Positions 1 through 13,924 are shown, counted from the first letter of the stretch. The stretch is DNA of 64,000 bases from the human T2T-CHM13v2.0 reference genome, Homo sapiens (GCF_009914755.1 NC_060926.1), one strand, 5' to 3'. A program made the numbers and translations. The notes: generated from the letters alone by a model not told the origin.

Positions 1-264
1 TTTTCTGAAATTACCGGAGAACATGTTATGATGTTCTCTGATTAAAAAAAGAGAAAAATATCATACACTATGTCTATGTAGGAAGCTGCAAGATTGGTCT
101 ACAAAGCCATGAGAATAAAAATTGCAGTTTAATGAAATCTTGGAGAGTTGGAACCAAATTAAACTGATACAAAGCCCTGAAGCTTGAGAAAAATAGAGCC
201 ATTTCCTTATTTAGATATACCAAATCCATATAGTCGATAAACATGATATAATTTCAACAGTTAC

Positions 265-420
265 CATTTTGTTAGTTACTTTCCATGAGACACAGCTTTA
301 AGCACTGTGCTGATAGCACAACTCTTTGAAGTAGGTATTATTATTACAATTTAGCAGATGAGATAGTTAAAACAATACACATTAACTAATGTGTGCAGGT
401 GACATAAGTAGTAAGTAGCA
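265..420 (-). mobile_element. MIR SINE fragment (highly diverged)
   Basis: 'caactctttgaagtaggtattattattacaatttagcagatgagatagtt' resembles the reverse complement of the MIR core. Confidence 0.5.
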
Positions 421-454
421 TATTAAAAACCCTGCATATGTGAATCATCAACAA

Positions 455-760
455 TCTGGAAGCCATTATCCTAAATGAATTATTGCAGGAGCAGAAAACC
501 AAATACCACATGTTCTGACTTATAAGACGGAGCCAAACATTGAATACACATGGACACACAGATGGAAACAACAGACACTGAGACTACTAAGGGGCAGACA
601 AGGAAGGGGGCAAGTGTTGAAAAACTACATATTGGGTACTATGTTCACTACCTGGGTGATAGGATCACTTGTACCCCAAACCTCAGTGTCATGCAATGTA
701 CCCATATAACAAACATGCTCATGTATCCCTGGAATCCAAAATAAAAGCTGAAAATAAAAA
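455..760 (+). mobile_element. L1 3'-end fragment (L1PA15/16-like)
   Basis: 'ggaagccattatcctaa...aaaccaaataccacatgttctgacttataag' through 'aaaataaaagctgaaaataaaaa' is a typical L1 ORF2 end, 3'UTR and A-rich tail. Confidence 0.85.
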
Positions 761-777
761 TACTCATAATCATCTAA

Positions 778-964
778 TTGTTCTCTACCCAGGCTGCACT
801 TTAGAATTCTGCCTGAGAAGCTTTAAAAGAAAGAACAGAGATGGGAGGCATAGAGGGAGGGAGGGAGGGAGGAAGAAGAGAGGGAGGGAGAGAGGGAGAG
901 AGGGAGGGAGGGAGGCAGGAAGGGAGGAAGGAAGGAAGGAAGGAGAGAAGGAAGGAGGGAGGGA

Positions 965-995
<31 letters not shown>

Positions 996-1117
996 CATAG
1001 GGCCTATCATTTTCTAAGATTATGCTTTAGATGGTTTGGAAAATGTCCAGGCTTTGGTGTTAATTTTAGAGAGATATTTAGGGCATTCTAATATATAGCC
1101 AGTGATGAGAACCACTG
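778..1117. mobile_element. MER5B-like hAT-Charlie DNA transposon split by a purine-rich microsatellite
   Basis: The left end 'gttctctacccaggctgcactttagaat' and the right end 'ttctaatatatagccagtgatgagaaccactg' match MER5 terminal inverted repeats. Confidence 0.65.
843..997. repeat. Compound microsatellite (GGGA)n/(GGAA)n/(GGCA)n
   Basis: Directly visible. Confidence 0.95.
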
Positions 1118-2920
1118 TCCTAAATCAATAATTCTCAAGCTTAATGTGCATATGAATCCCAGGGGAAAGTTATTAAGATGCAGGTTCTAAGTCAGGAAAT
1201 GTTGTTGAAGCTGACTCAAAACTAAAATTCCCTGGGCCATAAGCAAAGTCACCTGTAAGTTACCTTGTATAACAAGCTTCTTTGAGGAATGTCATTGAAA
1301 GAAGGTCTTTTGTTACTAAGAAAACGACTTAGGATAAATAGCAAAAAGGTTTTCATTCAATTACAGAGAAAGTATGTATCATTTAAAAGTATCCCTCAAG
1401 TAACACTTCAAGTAGAGAACCACGAAATTTATGTGCAGACAGGAAAGAGCTGGGAGAGGAAAAATTGAGAGTCTTCAAGTAAGAAATGGGTCAGGAGAAG
1501 TGATACTGTGAGCACAAAAGGAAGTGTTAACATCGAACAGAAAGAAAGTCACTGTTCCCCTGAAATTGGAAGAATAACAGGTGCCAGTCAAAACACGTTG
1601 CTTCAGGGTAGGCAGAATACTGATGGAGTTTTCCTCTGTTCATCCTTGTTGGTTCTGTGAAATAAGAGTAATGTTTTACTGAGAAGAATATTTGTAGAAT
1701 TGGGATCTTGAGGAAAAGATAGAAGATTAGGATAATTGCCAAGAGATTAAGAGAATGATCTGACTAGAAACAACTTCAAGGATTGCCAGGTAGAAATGTG
1801 GACAGAGCTCTGGCTGGGCTGGAAATCATGAATTTGTGAAGGCACCACACAATTTTAATGTCTCCTTTAAACAGCACTTCACAGCACTAAGCTGATGGAT
1901 GGATTCAACCAAAGATGGGGCTTTGTATTAGAAAATAAGTGTTAGAATATAATTGTTGTTATTGCATATTAAATATTTAAATTATATTTCCCAAAGATCT
2001 CTTTGGAAAGGTAAAAGAAACAAGCCATATAAAAACCCTGTAGTTAATAGTATTGATAGGCCTTAGTATTTATTGGAATCTCAGAAAATTTTAAATAAAT
2101 CAATAGCAAATAATTAGGAAAACCCCATAAGATTAATTTAAAAAGATAAGTCTCGGTAGTTAAAATCTGACGTACTGTCTGTTAAAAATTAAAACATGTA
2201 TTAAAGTCTCTACAGAAGGAAGCCAGTATTTACTTCCAAAGGCACAATGAGAGAGTTTGCAGGCTGCTTTAGAAACAATGGTCATATGCAGTGACTTCAT
2301 GAGTGACAGTCCCAGAACTGACAAATGTATCCACACAAATAATTTTTAATATGCACTTTTCAAAAAAGAAAAATCTAATTAGTGTGAAATACTTATAAAT
2401 GTCTTCCTGCCACCCACCCCGACCCACACACACACACCGCCCCTGCTGTCCCAAAGACAGCAGATCCGAAGCATTGTTAGCATTCCTCTCCCACTTGCAG
2501 AAACAAAATAGTGTGTAGAGATTCATGCTGTGAACTTTTTCCCATGAAGCAGTATGGGAACTTAACAGGAAAACTGTACAAAACCGCAGACCCTTTAAAA
2601 GAAACAGCAGGCTGCAGCCTACATTGTGAGCCAGGCAGAAAACTGTGAGTCCCCAGAGTATGAGCAGGGAGAGACTGTGTCTGGGATACACACCCCCACT
2701 GGGGAACCTGGTAATCCAAGCCACAGGGGAAAGCCTTAACCCTACCCAGCACTGGAACTAATTTACTGAAAAGTGGGAGTGTATGAGAAGGAGTGGCATT
2801 GGGATGTACTTTGCATGCACTCCCAGCCTCTCCAGGAACAGTGAGAAGCCATTCCTGATCCTGCCTCACACGGTACCTCCCAGAAGTCGGCTAGCTCACT
2901 GAGGCAAGACTTGGTGAGAA

Positions 2921-3173
2921 GCCAAGTGCAGTGGCTCACACCTGTAATCCCAGCACTTTGGGAGGCCCAGGTGGGCTGATGCTTGAATTCAGGAGTTCAG
3001 CCTTGGCAATGCGGCAAAACCCTGTCTCTACCAAAAAAAAAAAAAAAAATACAAAAATTATCTGGGTGTTCTAGTAAGTGCCTGTAGTCCCAACTACTTG
3101 GGAGGCTGAGGTGGGAGGATCACTTGAACTTGGAGGCAGAGGTTGCAGTGAACTCTGTCTCAAAAAAAAAAAA
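2921..3173 (+). mobile_element. AluJ with a right-arm deletion, inserted in the L1 5'UTR
   Basis: Dimeric Alu with J-type 'gtgggaggatcacttga'; jumps from 'gcagtga' to 'actctgtctc'. Confidence 0.9.
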
Positions 3174-4256
3174 GTTAGTGAGAGAAGCTCCCAACTGAGA
3201 TTCATGATATAATCTTGAATGGGGGCTAACCCCCTTAGCCAAAACCAAGGAGCAAGTGCGAAGTGTGCGATATATAGCCACAGTGAGGGATCTGGGCACC
3301 GTGCTTCAGGGGCATAAGGGAAGTGGTGTGGCCCAAGAGCCATGATTTCTGTTTCAATGAGGAAGCCTCGTGGCCTGGGGCAGCTTGGGGTTCTAAGCAC
3401 AGGCTGCCTGGACCCCAGCTAGCTGCTGCTAGTGGATCACTGTGGGTTCCATTAGCACTATGCACTCACCAAGTGCATAGGAGCTGGGTGGAGCTTACTG
3501 CTGCCTGCTACCCTCCATTCCACATGAGGATTCTTTTGTGCAGCAGAGGCAGCGGCGCTCCTCCTTGGAACATTATCTCAGTAGCCAGAGAACTGCCCTC
3601 TGATGCCACTGGGGCCTCTGCTTGCTCCTGCATGTGTGAAGCCAGAATATGAACTTGCCTAACCCAACCCCCACCTGGCTTTGCCCCTCCACTCATCACA
3701 GTAGCTTAACACAAAGGACAGGGACTTTTTGAAGCTCTATGGCCCCACCCATTGCCTGAGACACCAGAGTACCTCCCATGTGTAACATAGGGCAAGCACA
3801 AATCCTAATGCTACTACCACAGCTGGTGCTCTTTTGCAAGTGCCATCTCCTGGCTGGAAGCCAACCAGCACAGTTCATTATAGCATCTGCAGGCAGAATG
3901 ACACAGTACCAAGAAGGGAGGAAGCTTTTGCATGACCTCAGCTATCAACACTGCCTGCATCACCCTGGCTAATCAGGAGGTCTTGAGTCTGTCCATACAA
4001 CCAGCTCATTACTACTACAACTAGCATTTGAGAAAGCCAATATACTAAGGCTATTTATAACCAAGGAAATTTCACAGAGTCTGTGTCACTCACCTGCCAC
4101 CCTCATCAGAGCTGGCGCTGGTACTCAGTGCTGGGAGATTAGAGAACAAGTCACATCACTGGATTCCTTGCAGAAATTCCCGGCCTAAAGTGTGGCAGCT
4201 TCACTGGGTAGCAAGACCCAGAGGAGCAGCAAGATTCACAGTAGTCTGTCCCTTAG

Positions 4257-4897
4257 TGTGACAGGAGTTATTAAGAAATTATTTTAGGCAGATAGAGAGG
4301 AAAAGGGGTCCTTGGAAAGTTTTTGTCTCTTTTAAAGCAGCTCCAGAAATGTTTCTTGTTTAGCAGGAAAGCCCCAGATCTTAGAGCCTGGCAGCAAGCT
4401 TTGATATGCAAATGCTGGGCATTAGAAACTCGGTCCACCAAAACATGGCAATTCCCATGCTCTTCTCCCTGCCCTTGCCCCCACAAGTGCCTGGCAACAT
4501 GGCCACCCTGACATATCTCTATACGTGTAGAACATCATGGTGCCCCACATTTGCATACTAGAAGGCTAGGGTGTGAGAGCGAGGTTTTTCGCGCACTACA
4601 TGAGTGACATGCCTGGTCAAACCAATCCCCAGAGCCCTATGCAAATCAGATACCACCTCCTCCAGCCTACTCATATAAGCAGCCACTTTTCCGTGGCACA
4701 GGGAGTCTCCTCTCAGCCTTGGAGCCCTCCTCCTTATGTCTCTGTACAGGGGAGCTTCTTCCTTCTTTCTTCTCCCTCCCTTCTTGCCTATTAAACTCTC
4801 TACTCCTTAAAACCACTCCACGTGTGTCCGTGTGGCCTTATCTAATTCGGCATGAGACAAGAGCCCTGGTGTTCCTCCACTCATCAGAGCCGTATCA
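4257..4897 (+). mobile_element. ERV1-class solo LTR (MER50-like) inserted in the L1 5'UTR
   Basis: TG...CA ends, ATTAAA signal at about 4790, 4-bp imperfect TSD ttag/tcag, and L1 sequence resumes after it. Family name is tentative. Confidence 0.75.
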
Positions 4898-5614
4898 TCA
4901 GATCCCCTACTCCTAAGGGAAGGGGGGGTGCACCTCATCAAAGGAGTACCTTGTGAGACAAAATAATTCAGACTGCAGACCTTGAGTTTCCTAACTTTAC
5001 GCTTGTGGAAAATTTCTTTCAGCAGAGACACAGGTGTGCTGGTGGGCCTAGTGGGGAAAGTCTATGACTGTATCTCCAGTGGTCAGGCAGCCCTGGTACT
5101 CATGAAGGGTTTTGAAGAAGGGAATTTATTCTCCTCCTCACTCACCACTGCAGACACACAGAGTTTTGACATAGGTGCACCCATAGACAGACTCTCTGGA
5201 ACACTTCAGGGTGACTACATCCCCACAGGAGGAGTGTACTCTAGGTTCAGGCTTGCATGAGGAGTAGAGTCACAATCTCTCTCTACACCAAACATCAGCA
5301 TTCCTGCAGCTGAAAAGAGGTGCCTGTCTCATCTGAATAACCAGAACACTGGGTCAGAAGTGTGACTGTGAGGTGGAAAGCTTTCCTTCTGGTGTGGTAG
5401 GGGAGCTGAGATGGCTCCCTCTCTTCTCCCTGTAAAGACCTCAGTGTGTTTAACTGAGAACTCTCCTGGCTGTTTCTGTCAAGGCTGGGACCTCTGCCCA
5501 CAATTGGGGTATTGTGTTTATCCACTTGCTTCAGCTGCAAGCAGTTTTTACCTACAGACACTTCTTACTGGGCCGAAACTTGAACTGTTCAACCCAGTGA
5601 GTAGAATACTGGAA

Positions 5615-5662
5615 GAATGAATGAATGAATGAATGTATGAATGAGTGAATGAATGAATGAAT
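5615..5662. repeat. (GAAT)n microsatellite within the L1 5'UTR
   Basis: Directly visible. Confidence 0.95.
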
Positions 5663-5946
5663 TTCACACCACTGGGAAATAAGATAAGCTTCATGAGACC
5701 TCTGTTATTCTGGTCCCATGGAAGACAGTGAACCTGTTTCACACACCAAGTATACTGCTACTACAACCATCACTGGAGAAAGCCATTATACATAGACTGT
5801 CTGTAACCAAAGATTTCATATGCAGTCTTCATTATTGAAAGCACTCAGAGGCAAATTATGTTACAATAAACCATAATCATTAAAGTTATATTCTCAAAGG
5901 GAAAAAAATTAAAAAATACAATTATCAAATATAAATTCAAAAATAT

Positions 5947-6935
5947 TTGGAAGAAGTAAGAAGAAACCAGAAAAAGAATTCTGGCAATATGACAAGGCAG
6001 GGTTCTATGACATCCCCAAAAGATCACAGTAGCTCTCCAGCAATGGATCCAAACCAAGATGAGCTCTTTGCAATACTAGATAAAGAAATCAAAAGGTTGA
6101 TCATTAAGTTACTCAAGGAGATACAGGAGAAAGGTAGACACCAACATAAACAAATTTTTAAAAATGATTCAGAATATGAATGAAAAAGTTTCTAAAGAGA
6201 TAGATATTTTAAAGAAAAACCAACCAGAACTTCTGGCAATCAAAGAAACACTTAGGGAATCCCAGAATGCAGCGGAAAGTTTCAACAATAGACTAGATCA
6301 AGTAGAAGAAAGAATTTCAGAGCTCAAAGACAAGGCTTTCAAATTAACCCAAGCAGACCAAAATTAGGAAAAAAGAATTAAGAAAAATATTAACAAAGCC
6401 TTCAAGAAATATGAGATTATGTAAAATGGCCAAACCTAAGAATCACTGGTGCTCTTGAGGGAGAAGGAAAAGCAAAACATTTGGAGAACTTATTTGAGAA
6501 AATAATTGAGGGAAACTTTCATGGCTCAAATAAATGAAACTCAAAGAACTCCTGGCAGTTCATTGCAAAAAAGACATCACCGAGGCATACAGTTATCAGA
6601 TTATTTAAAGTCAATGTGAAAGAAAGAATTCTAAGCGACATGAGACAGAAGCATCAGGTAACCAATAAAATAAAACCTATCAGACTCAGAGCAGACTTTT
6701 CAGCAGAAACCTTATAAGCTAATAGGGATTGAGGTCCTATCTTTAGTCTCCTTAAACAGAAAAATAGCCAAGAATTTTGTATCCTCCAAAATTAAGTTAC
6801 ATAAATGAAGGAGAAATAAACACTTTTTCAGATAAGCAAATGCTGAGGGAGTTTGTCACTACCAGATCAGCCCTACAAGCAATGCTAAAAGGAGTTCTAA
6901 ATCTTGAAACAAAATATTGATATGCACCAGAATAG
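5947..6935 (+). pseudogene. L1 ORF1p remnant (frameshifted)
   Basis: Translations 'RRNQKKNSGNMTRQGSMTSPKDHSSSPAMDPNQDE' and 'ESFNNRLDQVEERISELKDK' match the L1PB ORF1 N-terminus and coiled coil. Confidence 0.9.
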
Positions 6936-7017
6936 AAACTCTTAAAAGCATAATATTCACAGGGCTTATAAAACAATAACACAATGAAGGAAACAAAGTA
7001 ACTAGGTAACAGTCAAC

Positions 7018-10000
7018 ATGTTGACTGTCACAGTAACTTACTTCTCAATATTAACATTGAATGTAAATAGCCTAAATGCTCCCCTTAAAAAATACAGATT
7101 GGCAGAATGGATAAAAAAAAAAATCACAAACCAAATATCTACTGTCTTCAAAACACACATCTGACTGGTAAGAAATTTTATAGACTCAAGGTAAAGGGAT
7201 GGAAAAAGAGATTCCATACAAATGGAAACCAAAGCAGGAGTAGCTATGATTACATCAGATAAAACGGACTTTAAAGCAACAACAGTAAAAAAAAAAAAAA
7301 AAAAAAGACAAAGAAGGTAATTATCTAATGATACAAAAAGATCAATTCAACAAGAAGGTATAACAATCCTAAATATATATGCATCTAATTACGGAGCTCC
7401 CAAATTTATAAAACAATTACTACTAGACCTAAGAAAAGAGACAAACAAGAACACAGTAACAGTGCGGGACTTCAACACTCCACTGACAGCAATAGACAGA
7501 TCATTGAGGGAAAAAGTAAACAGAGACACTGGATTTAAACTATATTCTAGAGCAAATAGACCTAACAGATATTTACAAAATATTCTATCCAAGAACTGCA
7601 GAATATACCTTCTTTTCATCAGCACATAAAGCATTCTCCAAGATAGACTATATCACAGGCTACAAAAAAAGACTTAATAAATTTTTAAAATCAAAATTAT
7701 GTCAAGTATCTTCTCAGACAACAACAGAATAAAACTAGAAATTAATTCCAAAAGAACCCATCAAAACTATACAAATACATAGAAATTAAGCAATATGCTC
7801 CTGAATGATTTTTGGGTTAACATGAAATCAGGAGGGACATTTTAAAATTCTTTGAAATATGTGATAACAAACAGTGATACAAATTATCAAAACTTCTGGA
7901 TTACAGCAAAAGCAGTGAAAAGAGGAAAGTGGTTAGTGCTAATGCCTACATCAAAAAGCCTGAAAGACAACAAATTAACAACCTAACCTCACGCCTCAAG
8001 GAACTAGAAGAACAGAACAAACTAAACCCAAATCTAGCAGAAGAAAATAATAACAAAGATCAGAGCAAAACTAAATAAAATTGAAAACAAAAAAAAATAC
8101 AAAAGACCAATGAAATGAAAAGTTGGTTTTTTGAAAAGATAAACAAAATCAATAGACCACTGGATACATTAACCAAAAAAAGATTCAAATAAGCTCAATA
8201 GAAATGAAAATGGAGACATTACAACTGACACTGCAGAAATGCAAAAGCTCATTTGAGACTACTGCGAACACCTCTATGCCCAAAACTAGAAAATCTAGAG
8301 GAAATGGATAAATTCCTGGAAACATACACTCCTCCTAGCTTGAATCAGGAAGAAATAGGAATCCTGAACAGACCAGTAAAAAGCAATGATATTGAATCAA
8401 TAATAAAAAACTTGCCAACAAAAACAGACTGATTCACAGCCAAATTAAACCAGACATTCAAAGAAAAATTGGTACCAATTCTACTAAATCTATTACAAAA
8501 GACTGAGAAAGGAGAGAATCCTCCCTAATTTTGTATGAAGCCAGTATCACCATGATACTAAAGCCAGAAAAGGGCATAACAAAAAAAGAAAACTACACAC
8601 TAATATCCTTGACGAACATAGATACAAAAATCCTCAACAAAATACTAGCAAACTGAATCCAACAGCATATTGCAAAGATAATTCACCAAGATCAAGTCGG
8701 TGTCATCCCAGGGATGTGGGGATGGTTCAACATATGCAAGTCAATAAATGTGATTCATCACATAAGCAGAATTACAAACAAAAACCATGTGATCATCTCA
8801 ATAAATGCAGAAAAAACATTCAGTAATTTCTACCATTGCTTTATGAAAAACGCACAAAAAACTAGTCATAGAAGGAATATACCTAAAATAATGAAAGCAA
8901 CATATGACAAATTCACAGCCAACATCGCAATGAATGAGGAAAAGTTGAAAGTGTTACCCCTAAGAACTGGAACAACACAGGATGCCCACTTCCACCTCTT
9001 CTATTCACCACTGTACTGGAAGTCTCAGCCAGAGCAATTGGGTGAGAGAAAGAAATAAAGGGCATCCAAATTGGAAAAAAGAAAGTCAAACTATTTCTGG
9101 TTACTAATGGTAAGATTTTATAGCTACAAAACCCAAAGATTCCTTCAAAAGACTCCTGAATTTGATAAATGAATTCAGTAAAGTCTCAGGTTACAAAATC
9201 AATGTACATAAATCAGTAGCACTGACAGCTGAGAATCAAGCCAGGAACCCAATCCGTTTTACAATAACTTAAAAAAGAAGAAGAAGAAAAAAAAAAAACT
9301 AGGAATATTACTGAACCAAAGAGGTGAAAGATTGCTATAAGCAGAACTACAAAACACTATTGAAATAAATCATAAGTGACACAAACAAATGGAAATACAT
9401 CTTGTTCTTATGGATTGGAAGAGTCAATGTCATGAAAATGACCATACTGCCCAAAGCAATCTACACATTCAATGTAATTCCTATCAAAATATCAGCACTT
9501 TTTTTCACAGAACTAGAAAAAAAATCTCAAATTCACGTGGAATGAAAAAAGAGCCTGAATGGCCAAAGCAGTCTTAAGCGAAAAGAACAAATCTGGAGAC
9601 ACCACATTACCCGACTTTGCATGATACTACAAGCCTATCGTAACCAAAGCAGCATAGTTCTGGTATAAAAGTAGATACATAGACAAATGGAACAGAATAG
9701 AGAACCCAGAAATAAAGCCAGATACTTACAACCAACTTGTCTTTGAAGGAAGCATAGAAAAAATAAATAAACTGGGGGAAAGGCACCCTATTCAATAAAT
9801 GGTGCTGGAAAAACTGGATAAACACATGTAGAAAAATGAAACTGGATCTCTATCTCTCATCATATACAAAAATCAACACCAGATGTATTAAAGACTTAAA
9901 TCTAAGACCCTAAATTATAAAAATTCTAGAAAAAAATCTGAAAAACTTCTGAATATTGTCCTATTCAAAGAATGTATGACTAAGACCCCAAAACCAAATT

Positions 10001-10647
10001 CAATGAGAACAAAAATGAATCATGGGACCTAATTAAACTAAAAAGCTTCTGCGCAGAAAAAGAAATAATCGTCAGAGTAAACAGACAACCCACAGAATCG
10101 GGGGAAATATTTGCAAACTATGTACCCTACAAAGGACTAATATCCAGAATCTACAAGAAATTCAAATAAATCAGCAAGAAAAAAAACTCACTAAAAGGTG
10201 AGCAAATGACATGAATGCATTTCTCAAAAAGAGATATACAAATGGCTAACAAACATGAAAAAAAGCTCAACATCACTAATCATCAGGAAAATGCAAATTA
10301 AAATGAGATACCAACTTACTACAGCCAGAATGACCATTATTTAAAAAACAATAAAAACAATAGATGTTGATGTGGATGTGGTGGAAAGGGAATGCTTATA
10401 TACTGCTGGTGGGAATGTAAATTAGTACAACCTCTATGGAAAACAGTATGGTAATTTCTCAAAGAACTAAAAGTAGATCTACCATTCAATCCAGCAATCC
10501 CACTACCAGTTATGTACCCAAAGGAAAAGAAGTCATTATATCAAAAAGACACCTGCATGCATACGTTTATTGCAGTAGAATTCAAAACTCTAAAGATAAC
10601 AATCTAAGTGCCCCTCAAGCAATGAGTGGATAAAGAAGATGTGATAT

Positions 10648-10680
<33 letters not shown>

Positions 10681-10850
10681 TATATACATACACACACACC
10701 ATGGAGTACTGTGCAGCCATAAGAAAAGAATAAAATAATTTCTTTAGCTATAAATTGTGATGGAACTGGAGGCCATGATTTTAAGTGAAGTAACTCGGGA
10801 ATAGAAAACCAAATACCAAATGTTCTAACTTATAAGCAGGAGTTAAGCTG
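7018..10850 (+). pseudogene. L1 ORF2p (endonuclease/reverse transcriptase) remnant with many stops and frameshifts
   Basis: Endonuclease start 'ctcaatattaacattgaatgtaaatagcctaaatgct' (SILTLNVN.LNA); GDFNTPL at about 7467; RT-region 'GWFNICKSINVIHHI' and 'PLRTGTTQ'. Confidence 0.92.
10644..10699. repeat. (TACA)n/(TA)n/(CA)n microsatellite within the L1
   Basis: Directly visible. Confidence 0.9.
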
Positions 10851-11219
10851 TGTGTATGCAAAGGCATACAGAGTCATTAATGGACATTGGAGACTCAGAA
10901 GCGGGGAGATTTGGGGGAATGGGGTAAGGGATAAAATGCTACACATTGGGTACAATGTATACTATTCGGGTGATGGGTATACTAAAATTTCAGGCTTTAC
11001 TGCTATAAAATTCATCCTTGTGACAAAAAACCACTTGTCCCCTTGAAGCTATTGAAATAAAATAATAATGATAATATAAATGTCAATAAACTGATAAAAA
11101 AATTGTGAATCAGAATCTTGAAATAATTTGATAAAAGTCTCATTTCTAAATAAGACAAGTAGCAATTAACAAATGATAGATTAAAGGAACTATTAGTTTT
11201 CAATTGTTTTGATCTTTTA

Positions 11220-11666
<447 letters not shown>

Positions 11667-13439
11667 TTAAGCTAATTTAAAGATTACATATGTCTTAAAG
11701 GAGAAATGAAAATTTTGCTTTCTTTAATCATAATTAAAGGTGCATCTCTGGGAATTAGGCACAAATTTTAGACACTACTGAAGTGTCAAAGGAAGTCAGG
11801 ATGAAATAGACACAGTCTAAAACTGAAGCTTGAGGCATTTATATATTTCTTAGTAGAGCTCTTTGTTGGATTAATTTCCAGTATCTTTATACAACACCTG
11901 GCTTAAACAATTACCATTATTCATTCACTATCATAACTACTAAATTCGTTCCTGAAGAAGAAAGCCCATTTGTGGGACTGAGGTGAACTTCAGAATAAAT
12001 AAAAATTGTAAAGTAATACATGAAATTCCTGTAGGTAATATAAAATCTGTAATTACTTGGAATTTTTAACAGCCTCATTAACATATATATTTAGCTCTAA
12101 TAAGATATTTTCAAATATTGGGAAGAGAATAAAATAATACTTTAGCAGGAGTAATTATCAAATAGTTTGAATAAACTGTAGATCTTGTGTCCATAAAAAC
12201 AGAACTATGCACAGTAAACATCCTGATGTAATTGAGATAATTGGGCAGTTATACTTCTCTCCACAAATGTAAAAATGTCTCTACTGCGTTAGCATTACTT
12301 ACTATCCATAGTTAACAACTGTCTACAGGGTGACATCACTTAACTCAGTCAAATTTTTTTCCTTAATATACATATTTTTGACAGTATGATCAGTTAATTT
12401 TGACTTTTTTCTACTCTGGGCCAAATTTGTAAATACTGTTCTTCCTGAAATTTCCCAATACAGTTGTGTGACACTATTTCTGAATTTTAAAGTTATTTTC
12501 CCATAGCTACCAAGAGATAAGAAGCAATATTTTTGTTTCCATTGTCTGTACAAGCACTCAGGCTAAGAAGAGTAAAGCTCAAATATGACATTTAAACCTG
12601 CCATTTAAACACCTTGTAAGTTGTTTGCTCCATTGCTTAAAACTTTACATTTTTATTATAGAGGCCATCAAAAAACCATGTAGTTTTTCTGATTTCCTGT
12701 TTCTTTCTCCAAAGATTATTTATCATCAGTTGAGAGGTATGTTTATCTAAACAAGCTTTCTATATACTCCACTGGACTGATAACTTCCTAGGTTTATTTT
12801 CCATGTTTGCTCATGTGTCCACTCCAGAGTTACCTGGCTCTGTTGTTCAAGGTATCAAAGTCCTCACAATGATGCCGAAGTGAAAATACACTCTAATACT
12901 AACCACAGGTTTCTAAAAATTATACTCAGGTTTGCATCTTGCCACACCTTTACTTTATGCTCTCATTCAGTGTGTTGGTCCCAGAAAATCTGGATTGTAT
13001 CTATGTAAGATTCCATAACACTGGTAACCTCTGTCTCACATTTAATCCATAAATAAAGAGGAACTTGAGGCAGCACAGTTAGCTTTTTGTAACACAGCAA
13101 GGGCTACACACAATACACAACATCTCCTTTCTAAACAACCCCAAATACTTGGTGACAAAATAGTAAAGATTTCATATGACAGAAATCTGCTGTAGGTACA
13201 TAAGAGAAATAAGTAGCTTCATCCACAGAGGTGATGACATCAAGAAAAGCATAAAACAATGTAAATAAAAGAATGAACACACACATACACAAAAGGTTAA
13301 TATACTAATTTAGAAGACTTATTTTCCAACACAATAAAACTGATACTTGATTAGCAGGAATCCATTAGAGCATGACAAGAGCTGAACATCTTCAGATGTA
13401 GGCATTAGTCAATATGCCCCACTGGGAACTGGGATATGG

Positions 13440-13900
13440 ATAAGTAGATATCAATTAATATTCTTTGCTATTAAAAATAATGCTGATATGGACATTCCTA
13501 TACATTTTTTTCCTATTTAAATATGTCCATTTGTCTAATAGAAAATCTTTTCTGTTCTTCCTTTTCAAGAGTGTTGGCTACTCTTAAAATTTTGCTATTT
13601 TATATATATTTTAGAAACTACTTCTTAGAATAAATGAGAAACCCTGTAAATTTTTGATAATGATTGCATTGAATCTATATATTAATTTAAGAAGAATTCA
13701 CATAATTTGTATTTTTTCACTACTAATAAATATTTTCCATTTATTTAGAACTTCCTAAATATATTTTTATCAAAATTTTTGACAGATTGTATACCTTTTG
13801 TTCGGTTTCTTCCTAAGATTAACACTTTTTGTTAATATGTTCAAAGCTATCTTTTAAAAAATTGTATAATATATTATTATTGGTATGAATATTAAATTGA
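13440..13900 (-). mobile_element. Ancient L1M ORF2 fragment
   Basis: 'gattgcattgaatctatatattaatttaagaagaatt' is typical antisense L1M ORF2. Confidence 0.65.
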
Positions 13901-13924
13901 CTTGCTTACTTCCCCCGGGTTTCT

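Larger units (their letters stand above)
2451..11074 (+). mobile_element. Full-length decayed LINE-1 (L1PB3/4- or L1MA-age)
   Basis: Long 5'UTR, ORF1 and ORF2 remnants, 3' end 'aaaccacttgtccccttgaagctattgaaataaa'. Candidate TSD TATAAATGTC at 2394-2403 and 11075-11084. Confidence 0.92.

Noticed and set aside
669-1091. 140-aa ORF with an R/E/G-rich region
   Set aside because: Translation of an L1 tail, MER5 and the purine microsatellite; no coding signal.
12212-12225. 'gtaaacatcctga' resembling the start of miR-30
   Set aside because: Only about 11 nt match, the leading T is missing and there is no complementary hairpin arm.
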